DNA from: Candidatus Marinacidobacterales bacterium
GTDB lineage: Bacteria; Acidobacteriota; Vicinamibacteria; Marinacidobacterales; SMYC01
Direction of reading: 5' to 3'
DNA: 64,000 bases
Assembly (NCBI GenBank): GCA_965224085.1
Contig: CBDCYI010000005.1
Location: 2,176,001 to 2,240,000 of the forward strand
The notes below the pieces were generated by a model. The model ran no database searches, had not been told where the DNA came from, and worked only from the letters and a program-made list of their open reading frames with translations. Positions 10,773 through 22,554 of the stretch are shown one piece after another (the first letter of the stretch is position 1; each line of letters begins with the position of its first letter). A program made the translations under genes and the position numbers.

Positions 10773-12413
10773 ATGTGGTTCGGGCGGACCGGAAAAACTG
10801 ACGTGAGCGGGCCGACGCGTCGCGACTTTCTACGGACCCTGGCCGGAACCGTTTCGGGCATTCAACTTGCTTCTTTCTCCGAGGGCACACTACTTTCTTC
10901 CTCTGCGCCTGCTGCGTTCCGCGGTAACGGCGCGGACGACCAGGAACCCTTCGACGTCTGCGTCGTCGGGTCGGGTCCGGCAGGAACGATTCTGGCTTGT
11001 GAGCTGGCTGATCATGGAATCCGGACCTTGCTGGTCGAAGGAGGACCGCTGCCCGGCGATCGTCCACGATATAAACCCAACCAGTATCCAATCGAGCTAA
11101 CGCGATTTCTGGGTGCGGGAGGCACCTCCAACCTCTGGTCGGGAAGCTGCCCGCGGTTTCAGCCCTTCGATTTCTCGCCCGCCAATCCGTACGTCTCCGC
11201 GGATGCACCCTGGCCGATCACCTACGAAGACATCGAGCCGTATTATCAGAAGGCCGAGCGCGAGCTACAGGTCGAAGGTGGCCCACTGAGCCGCTACGCC
11301 TCTCCCCGGTCGTCTCCTTACCCTTTTCCCTTGGGCTCCGACCCGGGGTTTTCCTGGATGGAAGGAATCTTCGCAGATGCAGGGCTGGTCATCGAGCAGC
11401 CTCCCATGTCGGCTGGCGGAGGCATCAGGATAGCCAAGACTCACTTGCCTCGTTTCGAGTCCTCGGAAACTGGGACCCTCCTTCGTGGAACCAGGGTACT
11501 CCGGGTTCTGGTGGAGCCCGACGGCGAGGTCACTGGCCTCGAGGCCCAGCGCCAGAACGGCGAAAAGACCATGCTTCGGGCCAGGCGATACGTGCTCGCC
11601 TGTGGAGGAATCGAGACGCCCCGGCTTCTGCTTCTCTCCCGAACGTCGCGCTTTCCTCGAGGCGTCGGGAACGACCACGATCTGGTCGGACGATTCTTCA
11701 TGGAGAATCTGTCGGTCAATATCGGCACCGCCGATCTCAAGACAGAGCCCAGCCCTCGAGGCACCGTGGAAGCGATCTGCTGGCAGTTCTACGAGCAGCT
11801 CAAGGCCCGCGGCCTGGGTGGGGCGCTGTTCGAGTGTTTTCTTACGCCGAATTCCGAGCACAAGGTCGACATCGAGCACCCGGTCGACAGTTTTCTTCGC
11901 TGGTGGAAGGGCTACGACTCGCGGGTTCTGCTGGCAGTCATGATGGAGATGAAGCCGAGCGAATCGAATCGCATTACTCTTGATGAGAACCGGCGCGACG
12001 TCTTCGGTCTTACCGAGGCCGCGCTGTCACTGCAGGTATCGGAACACGAACGGAGAACCCTGGAACGACTCCGTGATCTGGCGCTCACGATTTTCGAACG
12101 CTTGGGGGCGGAAAACGTGGAGCTGGCGGAGGAGCAGATCGGATGGACTCATCACCACATGGGCGCCTGTCGAATGGGACGCGACGAAAGGACAAGCGTT
12201 GTCGACGAACAGCTCAAGGTCCACGGAACCCGGAACCTTTATGTGGCGGGAAGCGCTCCTTTTGTAACCTCTGGCGCCAACGGTCCGACGCTCCTGTTGA
12301 CCGCGCTCTCTTTGCGGCTCGCGGATCATCTGAGAAGCGAGACCAAGGTCGTGAGCTCCAGAGAACGCTTTCTCAGGGTACAGCCAATGACTGGCAGATA
12401 TGTCGCACGATAG
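10773..12413 (+). CDS. GMC-family oxidoreductase with Tat signal
   Basis: TRRDFLR; VVGSGPAG; LACGGIETPRLLL; HHMGACRMG; NGPTL. Confidence 0.9.
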   Translation: MWFGRTGKTDVSGPTRRDFLRTLAGTVSGIQLASFSEGTLLSSSAPAAFRGNGADDQEPFDVCVVGSGPAGTILACELADHGIRTLLVEGGPLPGDRPRYKPNQYPIELTRFLGAGGTSNLWSGSCPRFQPFDFSPANPYVSADAPWPITYEDIEPYYQKAERELQVEGGPLSRYASPRSSPYPFPLGSDPGFSWMEGIFADAGLVIEQPPMSAGGGIRIAKTHLPRFESSETGTLLRGTRVLRVLVEPDGEVTGLEAQRQNGEKTMLRARRYVLACGGIETPRLLLLSRTSRFPRGVGNDHDLVGRFFMENLSVNIGTADLKTEPSPRGTVEAICWQFYEQLKARGLGGALFECFLTPNSEHKVDIEHPVDSFLRWWKGYDSRVLLAVMMEMKPSESNRITLDENRRDVFGLTEAALSLQVSEHERRTLERLRDLALTIFERLGAENVELAEEQIGWTHHHMGACRMGRDERTSVVDEQLKVHGTRNLYVAGSAPFVTSGANGPTLLLTALSLRLADHLRSETKVVSSRERFLRVQPMTGRYVAR

Positions 12414-13671
12414 TCCCAGACGAGCGTTTGCGTATCTGCTAGCCGGTCAGTATCCCATAGCTCTCTGGGCGATTTTTCTTCTGGCCCTGGGGCTGCGCGT
12501 CTACCAGGCATCCAGCCATACGTTCACACAGGATGAGCTCCCGAACATTCGCATTGCGGAAACCATCCGTCTGAGTCTCTCGGAGCCTCACCTGGTGTTC
12601 AGAAGCCAGGGGCATCCGCTGCTCATTGCCTACATGACGCACTTCAGTTCTCTCGTCTTCGGCAAGAGCCTCCTCGGGTACCGGGCGGCGATGGTTCTCA
12701 TGGGCGCCCTGACCTGCCTGGCCTTGTACCGCGTTGGGAAGGTGGTCGATTCCAAGAGCGTCGGCCTGTGGGCTGCCGCCCTGATCGCCATCGACCAGTT
12801 CCACGTCACCGGGTCGGGCAGCTTGAACAGCCACGAGATTCCCTTGATTCTCTTCGGAACACTCGCACTTCAGAGCTGTGCGCGAATCGCGCCGCAAGGG
12901 GACCTGCGGCCATTCATCGGTATGGGCGCATGGATGGGTCTGGCCTACCTGGGAAAAGAAACCGCCCTGATGCTTTTTCCGGCCCTCTGGGGTTTCATGC
13001 TGCTTTCGAAGGAGCGCCGGGCGGTTCTCACCGATCCCCGCTGGTACCTCGCCCACCTGGTATTCGCGGCAGTTGTGGCGCCCGACATCATCTGGAACCT
13101 CGCACACGCATCGGACGGCGGTTACATGCAGGAATCCTACCGTAAGGCCTCTGGCGGAACGGTACAGATTCAGTTCAAAGCTCTCAGCCTTTTCATCGGC
13201 GAATTGTTCATGATGGTCGACCCCAACGTGCTCGGAGGAACGAAGGAGTACTGGTGGTGGCCCCAACGGACCATGCACTGGGTGGCCGGTCTGCTCTATC
13301 TCTACTGCACGATCTGGGCGTGGCGCTTCCGGCGGAGGCCCATCGTGTTGCTGCTCCAACTCGCCTTTCTCGTTACCGTCATGGTGGTCACTGTGATGCC
13401 GGGGAAGCAGAGATTCGATCCCTTCTGGTGGGCCTCCATGGCAATGAGCCCCGCCATTATCCTGTCGGGCCTGTACCTCAGCGAGTGGGTCCGCCGGACC
13501 CGCCGCAGCCTGTGCGTCATCGTTCCTTTGCTCGTATGGCTCCTCGTTAGAACGGTTCAAACTCTTTCGGGCCTGGCCTTGGCGTTGGTTGACGAGTTGT
13601 GGTTGGTGCCAGCGCTGGGGACGTTGGTGTACTATCGCCCTCATCGCCACAGCCAGCCAATACACCTATAA
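12400..13671 (+). CDS. ArnT/PMT-like (GT39/GT83) membrane glycosyltransferase
   Basis: Multi-TM; TQDE and HPLL motifs; GLAYLGK; overlaps the GMC stop. Confidence 0.75.
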   Translation: MSHDSPRRAFAYLLAGQYPIALWAIFLLALGLRVYQASSHTFTQDELPNIRIAETIRLSLSEPHLVFRSQGHPLLIAYMTHFSSLVFGKSLLGYRAAMVLMGALTCLALYRVGKVVDSKSVGLWAAALIAIDQFHVTGSGSLNSHEIPLILFGTLALQSCARIAPQGDLRPFIGMGAWMGLAYLGKETALMLFPALWGFMLLSKERRAVLTDPRWYLAHLVFAAVVAPDIIWNLAHASDGGYMQESYRKASGGTVQIQFKALSLFIGELFMMVDPNVLGGTKEYWWWPQRTMHWVAGLLYLYCTIWAWRFRRRPIVLLLQLAFLVTVMVVTVMPGKQRFDPFWWASMAMSPAIILSGLYLSEWVRRTRRSLCVIVPLLVWLLVRTVQTLSGLALALVDELWLVPALGTLVYYRPHRHSQPIHL

Positions 13672-13726
13672 GTAGAAACAATGCTGATCTCCGCATGAGC
13701 ATTCTCGAAGCGTCCTTTCGTGGATT

Positions 13727-13757
13727 ACTGGCCCGGTGAATTGGTCACCGGGCCAGT
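13727..13757. terminator. 13-bp perfect hairpin
   Basis: ACTGGCCCGGTGA-ATTGG-TCACCGGGCCAGT downstream of the GT gene; no U-tract. Confidence 0.4.
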
Positions 13758-13899
13758 CGTCACACGAAACGCATGCGGTAGCATGCAGGATCTCGCCTAT
13801 TTCCCTATGGGGAGGGTATTGTATTCAGCGAGTGACCCGATAGTTGAGCCGCACGCGTTCGTGTGACGGTGGGCGGGCCTTGTCAAGGTTTACTTATAA

Positions 13900-14095
13900 T
13901 TCCCAAAGAAAACTCGTGTCGTCGCTGAGCACAAATGGCCGATTCCTGTGGTTCGGCGCCGAAAAGCGCCTAGAAACCGCCCGCAGAGACCTCAGACCGG
14001 ACGCAAAACTGAAAGTAGAACCACCACGCCGCTTGCTAGAAACGACCCCAACAAGCTGGCTGCTAGTAACCGAGAAGCGCGCAGGAAGCGGTTAG
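13900..14095 (+). pseudogene. Possible C-terminal remnant of rsmG (gidB)
   Basis: LSTNGRFLWFG...VEPPRRL...SWLLVTEK loosely resembles an RsmG C-terminus; sits where rsmG usually lies upstream of parA. Confidence 0.3.
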
Positions 14096-14133
14096 CCGAT
14101 AGCCGAATAGGCGGGAGGGCCAGCCTTGCCTGT

Positions 14134-14149
14134 TGTTTCACGTGAAACA
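14134..14149. promoter_or_regulatory. parS: parS centromere site
   Basis: Perfect consensus TGTTTCACGTGAAACA about 70 bp upstream of parA. Confidence 0.95.
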
Positions 14150-14218
14150 CTCGTCCGCGCGCGCTATGCTATCCTCTATCCCGCTCACCAAGGTGAGGGA
14201 GTCCAACGCACCTAAGCC

Positions 14219-14998
14219 ATGTCGCGTATCATTGCTATCGCCAATCAGAAGGGCGGGGTCGGCAAAACGACGACGGCCATCAACGTTAGTGCCTCCGTCG
14301 CGGCTGCGGAGAGACGCGCGCTCGTCGTCGATATGGACCCACAAGCGAATCTGACTAGCGGACTCGGTATCGACACGGACCGTCTCGATCGACAGACGAT
14401 TTATCGAGGGATCGTCGACGGCGTTTCCGCCGACGGCTTGATTCGCGACACCGAGCTCGAAAGGCTCAAGGTGCTTCCTTCGGAGCGCAACTTGACAGGC
14501 GCCGAGCTCGAGCTCGTCGACCAGCCTCAACGGGAATACCGCCTCCGCGAGCTCCTTGCTCCGATCGCCGGGACGTTCGATTTCATCTTCATCGATTGCC
14601 CACCTTCGCTCGGCCTTCTCACCGTTAACGCGCTCGTCGCGGCCGACACGGTTCTCGTGCCGCTGCAATGTGAATTTTTTGCGCTCGCCGGCGTCAGCGA
14701 GCTCATGACGACGGTAAGCCGGGTGCGCGGGAGCTTCAACCCCCGCCTCGCCGTTCTTGGCATCGTCTTCACGATGGTTGATGAGCGCACAAACCTCACG
14801 GCTCAAGTTATGGAAGACGTCCGCGCCGCCTTTCCGCAGACCGTTTTCGACAGCGTCGTTCCGCGAAATGTGCGCCTCGCGGAGGCGCCCTCGTTCGGCA
14901 AGCCGATTCTGCTATACGACATTCGTTCAAAGGGCGCAGAGGCGTATCTCGATCTGACCAAGGAGCTATTGCGTCATGAAGAGAAAAGCTCTCGGTAA
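14219..14998 (+). CDS. parA: Chromosome partitioning ATPase ParA/Soj
   Basis: NQKGGVGKTT; DMDPQAN; IDCPPSLG; PRNVRLAEAPSFG. Confidence 0.97.
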   Translation: MSRIIAIANQKGGVGKTTTAINVSASVAAAERRALVVDMDPQANLTSGLGIDTDRLDRQTIYRGIVDGVSADGLIRDTELERLKVLPSERNLTGAELELVDQPQREYRLRELLAPIAGTFDFIFIDCPPSLGLLTVNALVAADTVLVPLQCEFFALAGVSELMTTVSRVRGSFNPRLAVLGIVFTMVDERTNLTAQVMEDVRAAFPQTVFDSVVPRNVRLAEAPSFGKPILLYDIRSKGAEAYLDLTKELLRHEEKSSR

Positions 14999-15851
14999 AG
15001 GCCTCGCGGCGCTACTACCGGACGAGCCGGCAACGGGCGGGGCGCAGCTTGTCGAGATCAACCCCGAACGCATCGACCCCAACCCGGAACAACCGCGTCA
15101 GAGCATGGACGAAACCAAGCTCGGCGAGCTCGCTCGATCCATGACGGAGCATGGAATTGTTCAACCCATCGTCGCGAGGCGCGTTGGGTCCCGGTTTCAA
15201 ATCATTGCGGGGGAGCGCCGGTGGCGGGCGGCACAGCGAGCCGGCTTGAAGAAGGTTCCCGTAATCGTCCGTGATGTGGACGATCGGCAATTGCTCGAGG
15301 TCGCGCTCGTCGAGAATATCCAGCGGGAAGAGCTGAACCCTATGGAAGAAGCCGCGGCTTATCGCCGCCTCGTCGGCGAGCTGGGCTACTCTCAAGAACA
15401 AGTCGCCGAGCGTGTCGGCAAGGATCGGTCCACCGTCGCCAACTTGCTGCGACTTCTCCGGCTGCCGCGCGGCGTACGCCGGCTCATCGAGGAGCAGAAG
15501 CTCTCCCCGGGACACGCCCGACCGCTCTTGGCGCTTCCCAAAGCGGAAATGCAAACGGAAATCGCCGAGCTTATCGTCACGAGGGGTCTGAGCGTTCGCG
15601 AGGCAGAGCGTTGGGTCCAAGCCGCCTCAAAACCCCCGTCGAGCAAGCCCAAAGAGCGGGCGGACCCCAACACACGAGAAGCCTCGCGACAAATGGAGCA
15701 AGCGCTGGGAACGGCCGTGCGCATTCGCCGCCAAGGTGCAAAAGGCGCGAAGGGCCGCGTCGAGATTGACTTTCATTCCGAAAACGAGCTACACCGTATC
15801 TATCAAGCCGTCGTGAGCGGAGCTCGCGCGGCGAAGAAGAAGAAATCATAG
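14976..15851 (+). CDS. parB: ParB/Spo0J
   Basis: ALGKGL; QPR; [11 protein letters not shown]; ENIQREELN; [15 protein letters not shown]. Confidence 0.97.
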   Translation: MKRKALGKGLAALLPDEPATGGAQLVEINPERIDPNPEQPRQSMDETKLGELARSMTEHGIVQPIVARRVGSRFQIIAGERRWRAAQRAGLKKVPVIVRDVDDRQLLEVALVENIQREELNPMEEAAAYRRLVGELGYSQEQVAERVGKDRSTVANLLRLLRLPRGVRRLIEEQKLSPGHARPLLALPKAEMQTEIAELIVTRGLSVREAERWVQAASKPPSSKPKERADPNTREASRQMEQALGTAVRIRRQGAKGAKGRVEIDFHSENELHRIYQAVVSGARAAKKKKS

Positions 15852-15903
15852 ACAGGAGCCAGAAGGAAACGGTGCGCCAGAGCATGAAAGGGGTTTGGAG
15901 CCA

Positions 15904-16305
15904 GTGAAGAAAAAAGGCGAAGCTAGCGGAGAGCTCGAGGGTTTTCTGAGCGAAGGCACGTCATTCCAGGGCGAAGTCTCGTTTCACGACACGCTGCGCA
16001 TCGACGGTAAGTTCCATGGAGCTGTACAGTCGGGACGCCGTCTCATCATTGGCGAATCCGCCGATGTCGATGCCGAGATCCAGGTTGCGATCTTGACGGT
16101 CGCTGGTCGGCTCCGGGGGCGGGTACGCGCGAGCGAGCGTGTCGAGCTTCATAAAACGGCGCGCGCAGAGTGCGCGATCGAGTGCGAAACCCTCGTCGTC
16201 CACGAAGGTGCGCGATTCGACGGCCAGTGCGCGATGTCGAAGAAGGGCGGTCCACGCAACGTGTCCAGAAACGACAATGTGAAACAAATAGTTTATTCTA
16301 AATAG
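15904..16305 (+). CDS. Bactofilin (polymer-forming cytoskeletal protein)
   Basis: GTSFQGEV...LRIDGKFHG...GARFDGQCAM; GTG start after GGAG (TTG at 15895 is an alternative). Confidence 0.9.
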   Translation: MKKKGEASGELEGFLSEGTSFQGEVSFHDTLRIDGKFHGAVQSGRRLIIGESADVDAEIQVAILTVAGRLRGRVRASERVELHKTARAECAIECETLVVHEGARFDGQCAMSKKGGPRNVSRNDNVKQIVYSK

Positions 16306-16347
16306 AAATGGCGGCCAGCAAAAAGAACGTTCCTGTTGGCGCCGTCG

Positions 16348-16377
16348 TTGACGACTGTTAAAAACGCGTGTTATAGT
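16348..16377 (+). promoter_or_regulatory. Sigma70-like promoter of the atp operon
   Basis: TTGACG-18 bp-TATAGT with TG extended -10. Confidence 0.6.
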
Positions 16378-16419
16378 TAAAAGCTCTGTGCGGGCATTTT
16401 CGCCAATCAGGGACAGAGT

Positions 16420-16848
16420 TTGATATCCGTCGACGTTACAGCCCTCATCATTTGTGCGCTCGTGTTTGCGCTCGTGTTCGTTCTGAAGAATTTCTTCTTC
16501 GAACCGCTAGCGCAGGCGATGGAGACGCGACAAGCGAGCATTGACCGTGCTGCGAGCGCGTGGGACGACGCCCAGCAGACGATCGAAAAAGCACGCGCTG
16601 ATGTCGCCGCCGCGGTTCAGAGGGCCCGCAACGACGGCTATCAGTGGCTCGACGAAGCGCGCTCGGGAGCCCAGGCCAATGCCAAAGCTTCTTTGAACGA
16701 ACGGCGCGCCGAGACGCAGAAGCAGATCTCCGAAGCACGGCAACGGCTCTCCGACGAGACCGACGAGGCCGTTCGCTCCCTCGAGCGCGACGCTCAGGTA
16801 TTGGCATCCCAGATCGCCAGCAAGATTCTCGGCCGGGACCTAGATTGA
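16420..16848 (+). CDS. atpF': ATP synthase F0 subunit b'
   Basis: N-terminal TM, FFEPL...R, coiled coil ending KILGR. Confidence 0.85.
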   Translation: MISVDVTALIICALVFALVFVLKNFFFEPLAQAMETRQASIDRAASAWDDAQQTIEKARADVAAAVQRARNDGYQWLDEARSGAQANAKASLNERRAETQKQISEARQRLSDETDEAVRSLERDAQVLASQIASKILGRDLD

Positions 16849-16856
16849 CACCTGGA

Positions 16857-17411
16857 ATGACAACGCATCGCAAAACGACCGCGACATTCTTATTCGTCCT
16901 TCTCGTGACAGCCTCCTCACCGGTCTATGCTGCCGAAGGCGGCAACCTTCCGCGTGTCGCCAACTTCGCCATCGTCGCGGCGTTGCTTTTTTTCGCCCTC
17001 CGAGGGCCGCTCGCGGGCTATCTCGTCGCGAGGACGGAGCAAATCCGTAACGAACTGACTGACGCACGAGACAAGAGCAGGCGCGGCGAACAAGAGCGCC
17101 AGCTCGCGGTCGAGCTTCTTGCGAGCCTCGACGACGAGGTCGAAAAGGCCAAGGAAGAAGCCAAGCGCGCTGCGGAGACCGAGCGGGCCCGCATCTTGAA
17201 AGCGGCCGAGGCGGAAGCGGAGCGCATTCGCGAAATCGCGCGCAAAGAGATCGAGAACGAAGTCGAGTCCGGGCGGCGCAAGCTGCTTGCCCTCGCCTCT
17301 GAGCTCGCGGTCTCGCTGGCTCACAAGAAACTCGAGACCTCGATGACCGAAGAGGATCAAAACAGGCTCATCGATCGCAGCATCGAGATTCTCGGACAAA
17401 ACCGTTCATGA
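16857..17411 (+). CDS. atpF: ATP synthase F0 subunit b
   Basis: RVANFAIV TM plus coiled coil; operon position. Confidence 0.85.
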   Translation: MTTHRKTTATFLFVLLVTASSPVYAAEGGNLPRVANFAIVAALLFFALRGPLAGYLVARTEQIRNELTDARDKSRRGEQERQLAVELLASLDDEVEKAKEEAKRAAETERARILKAAEAEAERIREIARKEIENEVESGRRKLLALASELAVSLAHKKLETSMTEEDQNRLIDRSIEILGQNRS

Positions 17412-17965
17412 CAGCCGCGGGTAGCGTGGTCCTCGCCGAGCGCTACGCGCGTGCTCTGCTCGACGTCGTCCTTGAAAAGAAGATGGACGCGACGCGGGTG
17501 GGCGCCGAGCTCACGGAGCTCTCTGAATTCTTCGTCGCCCAGGAGAAGCTCTTCGAGGTCGTGTCGAGCCCGACCGTGGCGTCCGAGACACGAGTCGTGA
17601 TTGTGAACGGCGTTCTCGCGAATCAATCGCTCGTGTCATGCACCCTCAATTTGCTGCGCCTTCTTGCTGCGCGAGGGAGGATGCCGCTGCTTCCGCTCGT
17701 GTCGGAACAGTACGGTCGTCTGCTGCTCGATCACCAAGGAATCCAACCCGGGCATGTGACTTCGGCCCACCTGCTGACGGCGGACCAGCAAAAACGTCTC
17801 TCCGCGAGCCTAAGCAGTGCCCTTGGCAAGACCATGGAGCTCAGCTACAACACCGACGCCGAGCTCGTCGGCGGCCTCGTCGTGCGCATCGGCAATCGTG
17901 TCTACGATGCGAGCGTTATCGCTCAACTGAAACGATTCAAAGAAAAAACACTCTCGAGTTTTTAG
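17408..17965 (+). CDS. atpH: ATP synthase delta subunit
   Basis: AERYARALL; [18 protein letters not shown]. Confidence 0.95.
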   Translation: MTAAGSVVLAERYARALLDVVLEKKMDATRVGAELTELSEFFVAQEKLFEVVSSPTVASETRVVIVNGVLANQSLVSCTLNLLRLLAARGRMPLLPLVSEQYGRLLLDHQGIQPGHVTSAHLLTADQQKRLSASLSSALGKTMELSYNTDAELVGGLVVRIGNRVYDASVIAQLKRFKEKTLSSF

Positions 17966-18027
17966 ACTTACGTATCACGAGCCCTGCACGTTGGGCAGAG
18001 GCTCGAGCCGAGGTAAAAGGAACCAGA

Positions 18028-19557
18028 ATGGATATCAGGGCCGATGAGATCACAAAGGTTCTCAAGGAGCAAATTGGCGACTACGAAGCCGATGTCGACG
18101 TTTCCGAAGTGGGCACGGTCGTCTCCGCAGGAGACGGTATTGCACGAATCCACGGGCTCGAGGGCGTCATGTATGGCGAGCTGGTCGAGCTCCCGAACAA
18201 GGTGTTCGGGCTGGCGTTGAACCTCGAGGAAGAATCCGTCGGGCTCGTTCTCTTCGGCGACACGACGCTCATCAAGGAAGGCGACGAAGCCAAACGCACC
18301 CGGAAGATTCTTCAGGTGCCGGTGGGAGAAGAGCTCGTCGGCCGTGTCGTAGACGCGCTCGGCCGGCCTCTCGATGGCAAGGGACCCATCAACGCGAAAC
18401 AAAACAACCCCGTCGAGCGCATCGCGTCCGGCATCATCGACCGCCAGCCAGTAAAAGAGCCTTTGCAGACGGGCATCAAAGCTGTCGACGCCATGATTCC
18501 GATCGGCCGCGGACAGCGTGAGCTCATCATCGGCGACCGACAGACAGGAAAGACCGCCATCGCGGTGGACGCCATCATCAATCAAAAAGGAAAGGACGTC
18601 ATCTGCGTTTATGTCGCCATCGGCCAGAAGCTCTCCACGGTAGCGCAAGTCGTGCAGACCCTCGAAGAAAACGGTGCGATGGAGCACACTATCGTCGTGA
18701 ACGCTTCTGCTTCCGACCCCGCTCCGCTTCAATATCTCGCGCCCTATTCCGGCTGTGCGATGGGCGAATATTTTCTCTACAACGAGCAGCACGCGCTTTG
18801 CGTCTACGACGACTTGTCGAAACACGCGGCGGCCTATCGCGAGATCTCGCTCTTGCTCCGCCGGCCGCCGGGACGCGAAGCCTATCCGGGCGATGTCTTT
18901 TACCTGCATTCGCGCTTGCTCGAGCGGGCCGCCAAGCTCTCCGACGAGAACGGAGGCGGATCGCTCACCGCTTTCCCGTTCATCGAGACGCAAGCGGGCG
19001 ACCTTTCAGCCTACGTGCCTACGAACGTCATCTCGATCACGGATGGTCAGATCTTCCTCGAAGGAGACCTCTTCAATGCCGGCATCCGTCCCGCGGTCAA
19101 TGTCGGTAACTCTGTTAGCCGCGTCGGCGGCTCGGCTCAGATCAAAGCCATGCGCCAAGTGGCCGGTACCATGCGACTCGACCTCGCCCAATATCGCGAG
19201 ATGGCGGCCTTCGCGCAGTTCGGATCCGACCTCGACAAAGCGACCCAGGCGCAGCTCGCCAAAGGCGAGCGTCTCGTCGAGATCCTCAAACAAGACCAAT
19301 ACGAGCCCCTCGCGGTCGAAAAGCAAGTCGCGATCATCTACTCCGCGAATAACGGCTATCTCGACGACCTTCTGGTCTCCGAGTGCGGGCGCTTCGAGCG
19401 CGAGCTCTACGACTATCTCGACGACCGGCACCCGGGCGTGCTCCAGTCGATCCGCGAGAAGAAACACTTCGACGACGAGATCGAACGCAAGGTCAAGATC
19501 GCGCTCGACGAGTTCAAGGGCCAGTTCAAAACCGATTCCGAGGAGCCGGCCGCTTAG
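18028..19557 (+). CDS. atpA: ATP synthase alpha subunit
   Basis: GDGIAR; GDRQTGKT; [13 protein letters not shown]. Confidence 0.99.
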   Translation: MDIRADEITKVLKEQIGDYEADVDVSEVGTVVSAGDGIARIHGLEGVMYGELVELPNKVFGLALNLEEESVGLVLFGDTTLIKEGDEAKRTRKILQVPVGEELVGRVVDALGRPLDGKGPINAKQNNPVERIASGIIDRQPVKEPLQTGIKAVDAMIPIGRGQRELIIGDRQTGKTAIAVDAIINQKGKDVICVYVAIGQKLSTVAQVVQTLEENGAMEHTIVVNASASDPAPLQYLAPYSGCAMGEYFLYNEQHALCVYDDLSKHAAAYREISLLLRRPPGREAYPGDVFYLHSRLLERAAKLSDENGGGSLTAFPFIETQAGDLSAYVPTNVISITDGQIFLEGDLFNAGIRPAVNVGNSVSRVGGSAQIKAMRQVAGTMRLDLAQYREMAAFAQFGSDLDKATQAQLAKGERLVEILKQDQYEPLAVEKQVAIIYSANNGYLDDLLVSECGRFERELYDYLDDRHPGVLQSIREKKHFDDEIERKVKIALDEFKGQFKTDSEEPAA

Positions 19558-19589
19558 CTCGCGCCACGCATATTTGAGGACCGAACCAG

Positions 19590-20459
19590 ATGCCGAGCCT
19601 TCGCGATCTGAAGCGCCGCACGCAGAGCGTCAAGAACACGCAGCAGATCACTAAAGCCATGAAGATGGTCTCCGCAGCCAAGCTCCGTCGGGCGCAAGAT
19701 GCCATCCTCTCCGCGAGACCCTTCGCCAAGAAGATGCTCGAGGTGCTCAACAGCCTAGCGACGCGCGCCGACGCGGACGCCCATCCTTTGCTTCGCGAAC
19801 GCGAGCCCGCCAATGTCGACGTCGTCGTCATTAGTGCCGACAAGGGGCTGTGCGGATCGTTCAACGCCAACATCATGAAGAGGGCGGAAGATTTTCTCGG
19901 CGGTGTCCAGTCCGAGACGCTCGACGTTCAAGTTGTCGGCAAAAAGACCCGAGACTATTTCAAGCGCCGCAAATACAACATCCGCCATCAATTCGTGGAC
20001 ATCTTTCGCGACCTCACCTATGACACCGCGGGAAGCATTGCGCAGCCCCTCATCGAACGCTATAGCGACTCGAAATCCGAAGAACGCGTCGATGCCGTCT
20101 ACCTGATCTACAACGAGTTCAAGAACGTCATGCAGCAGGACGTTGTGGTCGAGAGACTCCTGCCGATCGAAAAGCTCCAGTTCGAAAAACCCGAGGAAGA
20201 GCTCGACTACATCTACGAGCCCACCGCGGCCGAAATCTATGACGCGGTGATCCCGCGACACGTCGAGTATCAGGTGTGGCATGCACTTCTCGAATCCGCG
20301 GCGGCTGAGCAAGCTGCGCGCATGACCGCCATGGAGAACGCGAGCAAGAACGCCGCCGAGCTCATCGACCAGCTGACGCTCACGATGAACAAAGTGCGGC
20401 AAACAACGATTACGAGAGAGATTTTGGAGATCGTCTCGGGCGCCGAGGCGATCAAGTAG
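19590..20459 (+). CDS. atpG: ATP synthase gamma subunit
   Basis: ITKAMKMVSAAK; DKGLCGSFN; ARMTAM; RQTTITREI. Confidence 0.99.
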   Translation: MPSLRDLKRRTQSVKNTQQITKAMKMVSAAKLRRAQDAILSARPFAKKMLEVLNSLATRADADAHPLLREREPANVDVVVISADKGLCGSFNANIMKRAEDFLGGVQSETLDVQVVGKKTRDYFKRRKYNIRHQFVDIFRDLTYDTAGSIAQPLIERYSDSKSEERVDAVYLIYNEFKNVMQQDVVVERLLPIEKLQFEKPEEELDYIYEPTAAEIYDAVIPRHVEYQVWHALLESAAAEQAARMTAMENASKNAAELIDQLTLTMNKVRQTTITREILEIVSGAEAIK

Positions 20460-20494
20460 CAGCCAGCAACAAGCAGCAGCAGGGTGTCGAATGA

Positions 20495-22036
<1,542 letters not shown>

Positions 22037-22040
22037 AGCC

Positions 22041-22466
22041 ATGGCAGACACATCCCGGATCGAGCTCGAGATCGTAACGCCCGCGGGCGTCGTCATGCGC
22101 GAGGATGTCGACGAAGTCGAAGCTCCCGGCATCCTCGGCCATTTCGGGGTGCTCCCGGGTCACCGCCCGTTCATGAGCCAGCTTCGCGCGGGCGAACTGC
22201 GCTACCGCACGGGCTCGGCGAATCATTTCGTCGCCGTACACTGGGGCTTCGCGGAAGTCCTGCCGAACAAAGTCACGGTTCTCGTCGAGACCGCCGAAGT
22301 CGCGGAAGATATCGACTTGCAGCGGGCAGAGTCCGCGAAAAAACGCGCCGAAGCACGTCTGCAGCAATTCGGGACGGCCTATGACGCGGACGACGCCCGT
22401 GAAGCTTACGATCGCGCAGAGAGCCGTCTCGAGGCGGCACAGCACGCCCAGAAAAAGCAGAACTAG
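22041..22466 (+). CDS. atpC: ATP synthase epsilon subunit
   Basis: LEIVTP; GVLPGH; GFAEV; EDIDLQRA. Confidence 0.97.
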   Translation: MADTSRIELEIVTPAGVVMREDVDEVEAPGILGHFGVLPGHRPFMSQLRAGELRYRTGSANHFVAVHWGFAEVLPNKVTVLVETAEVAEDIDLQRAESAKKRAEARLQQFGTAYDADDAREAYDRAESRLEAAQHAQKKQN

Positions 22467-22554
22467 GGCACTAGGAGCGGCGCCCTTTAATTGGTGTGCT
22501 CGAACTTCCCCTTCAGCTTAAGAATGCTGACGGCTGACATAGTAAGATGCCGGC

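Noticed and set aside
13672-14133. oriC
   Set aside because: No DnaA-box cluster or clear AT-rich unwinding element seen, and no dnaA in the window
16270-16290. Second parS (ATGTGAAACA) in the bactofilin gene
   Set aside because: Half-site only, no palindrome
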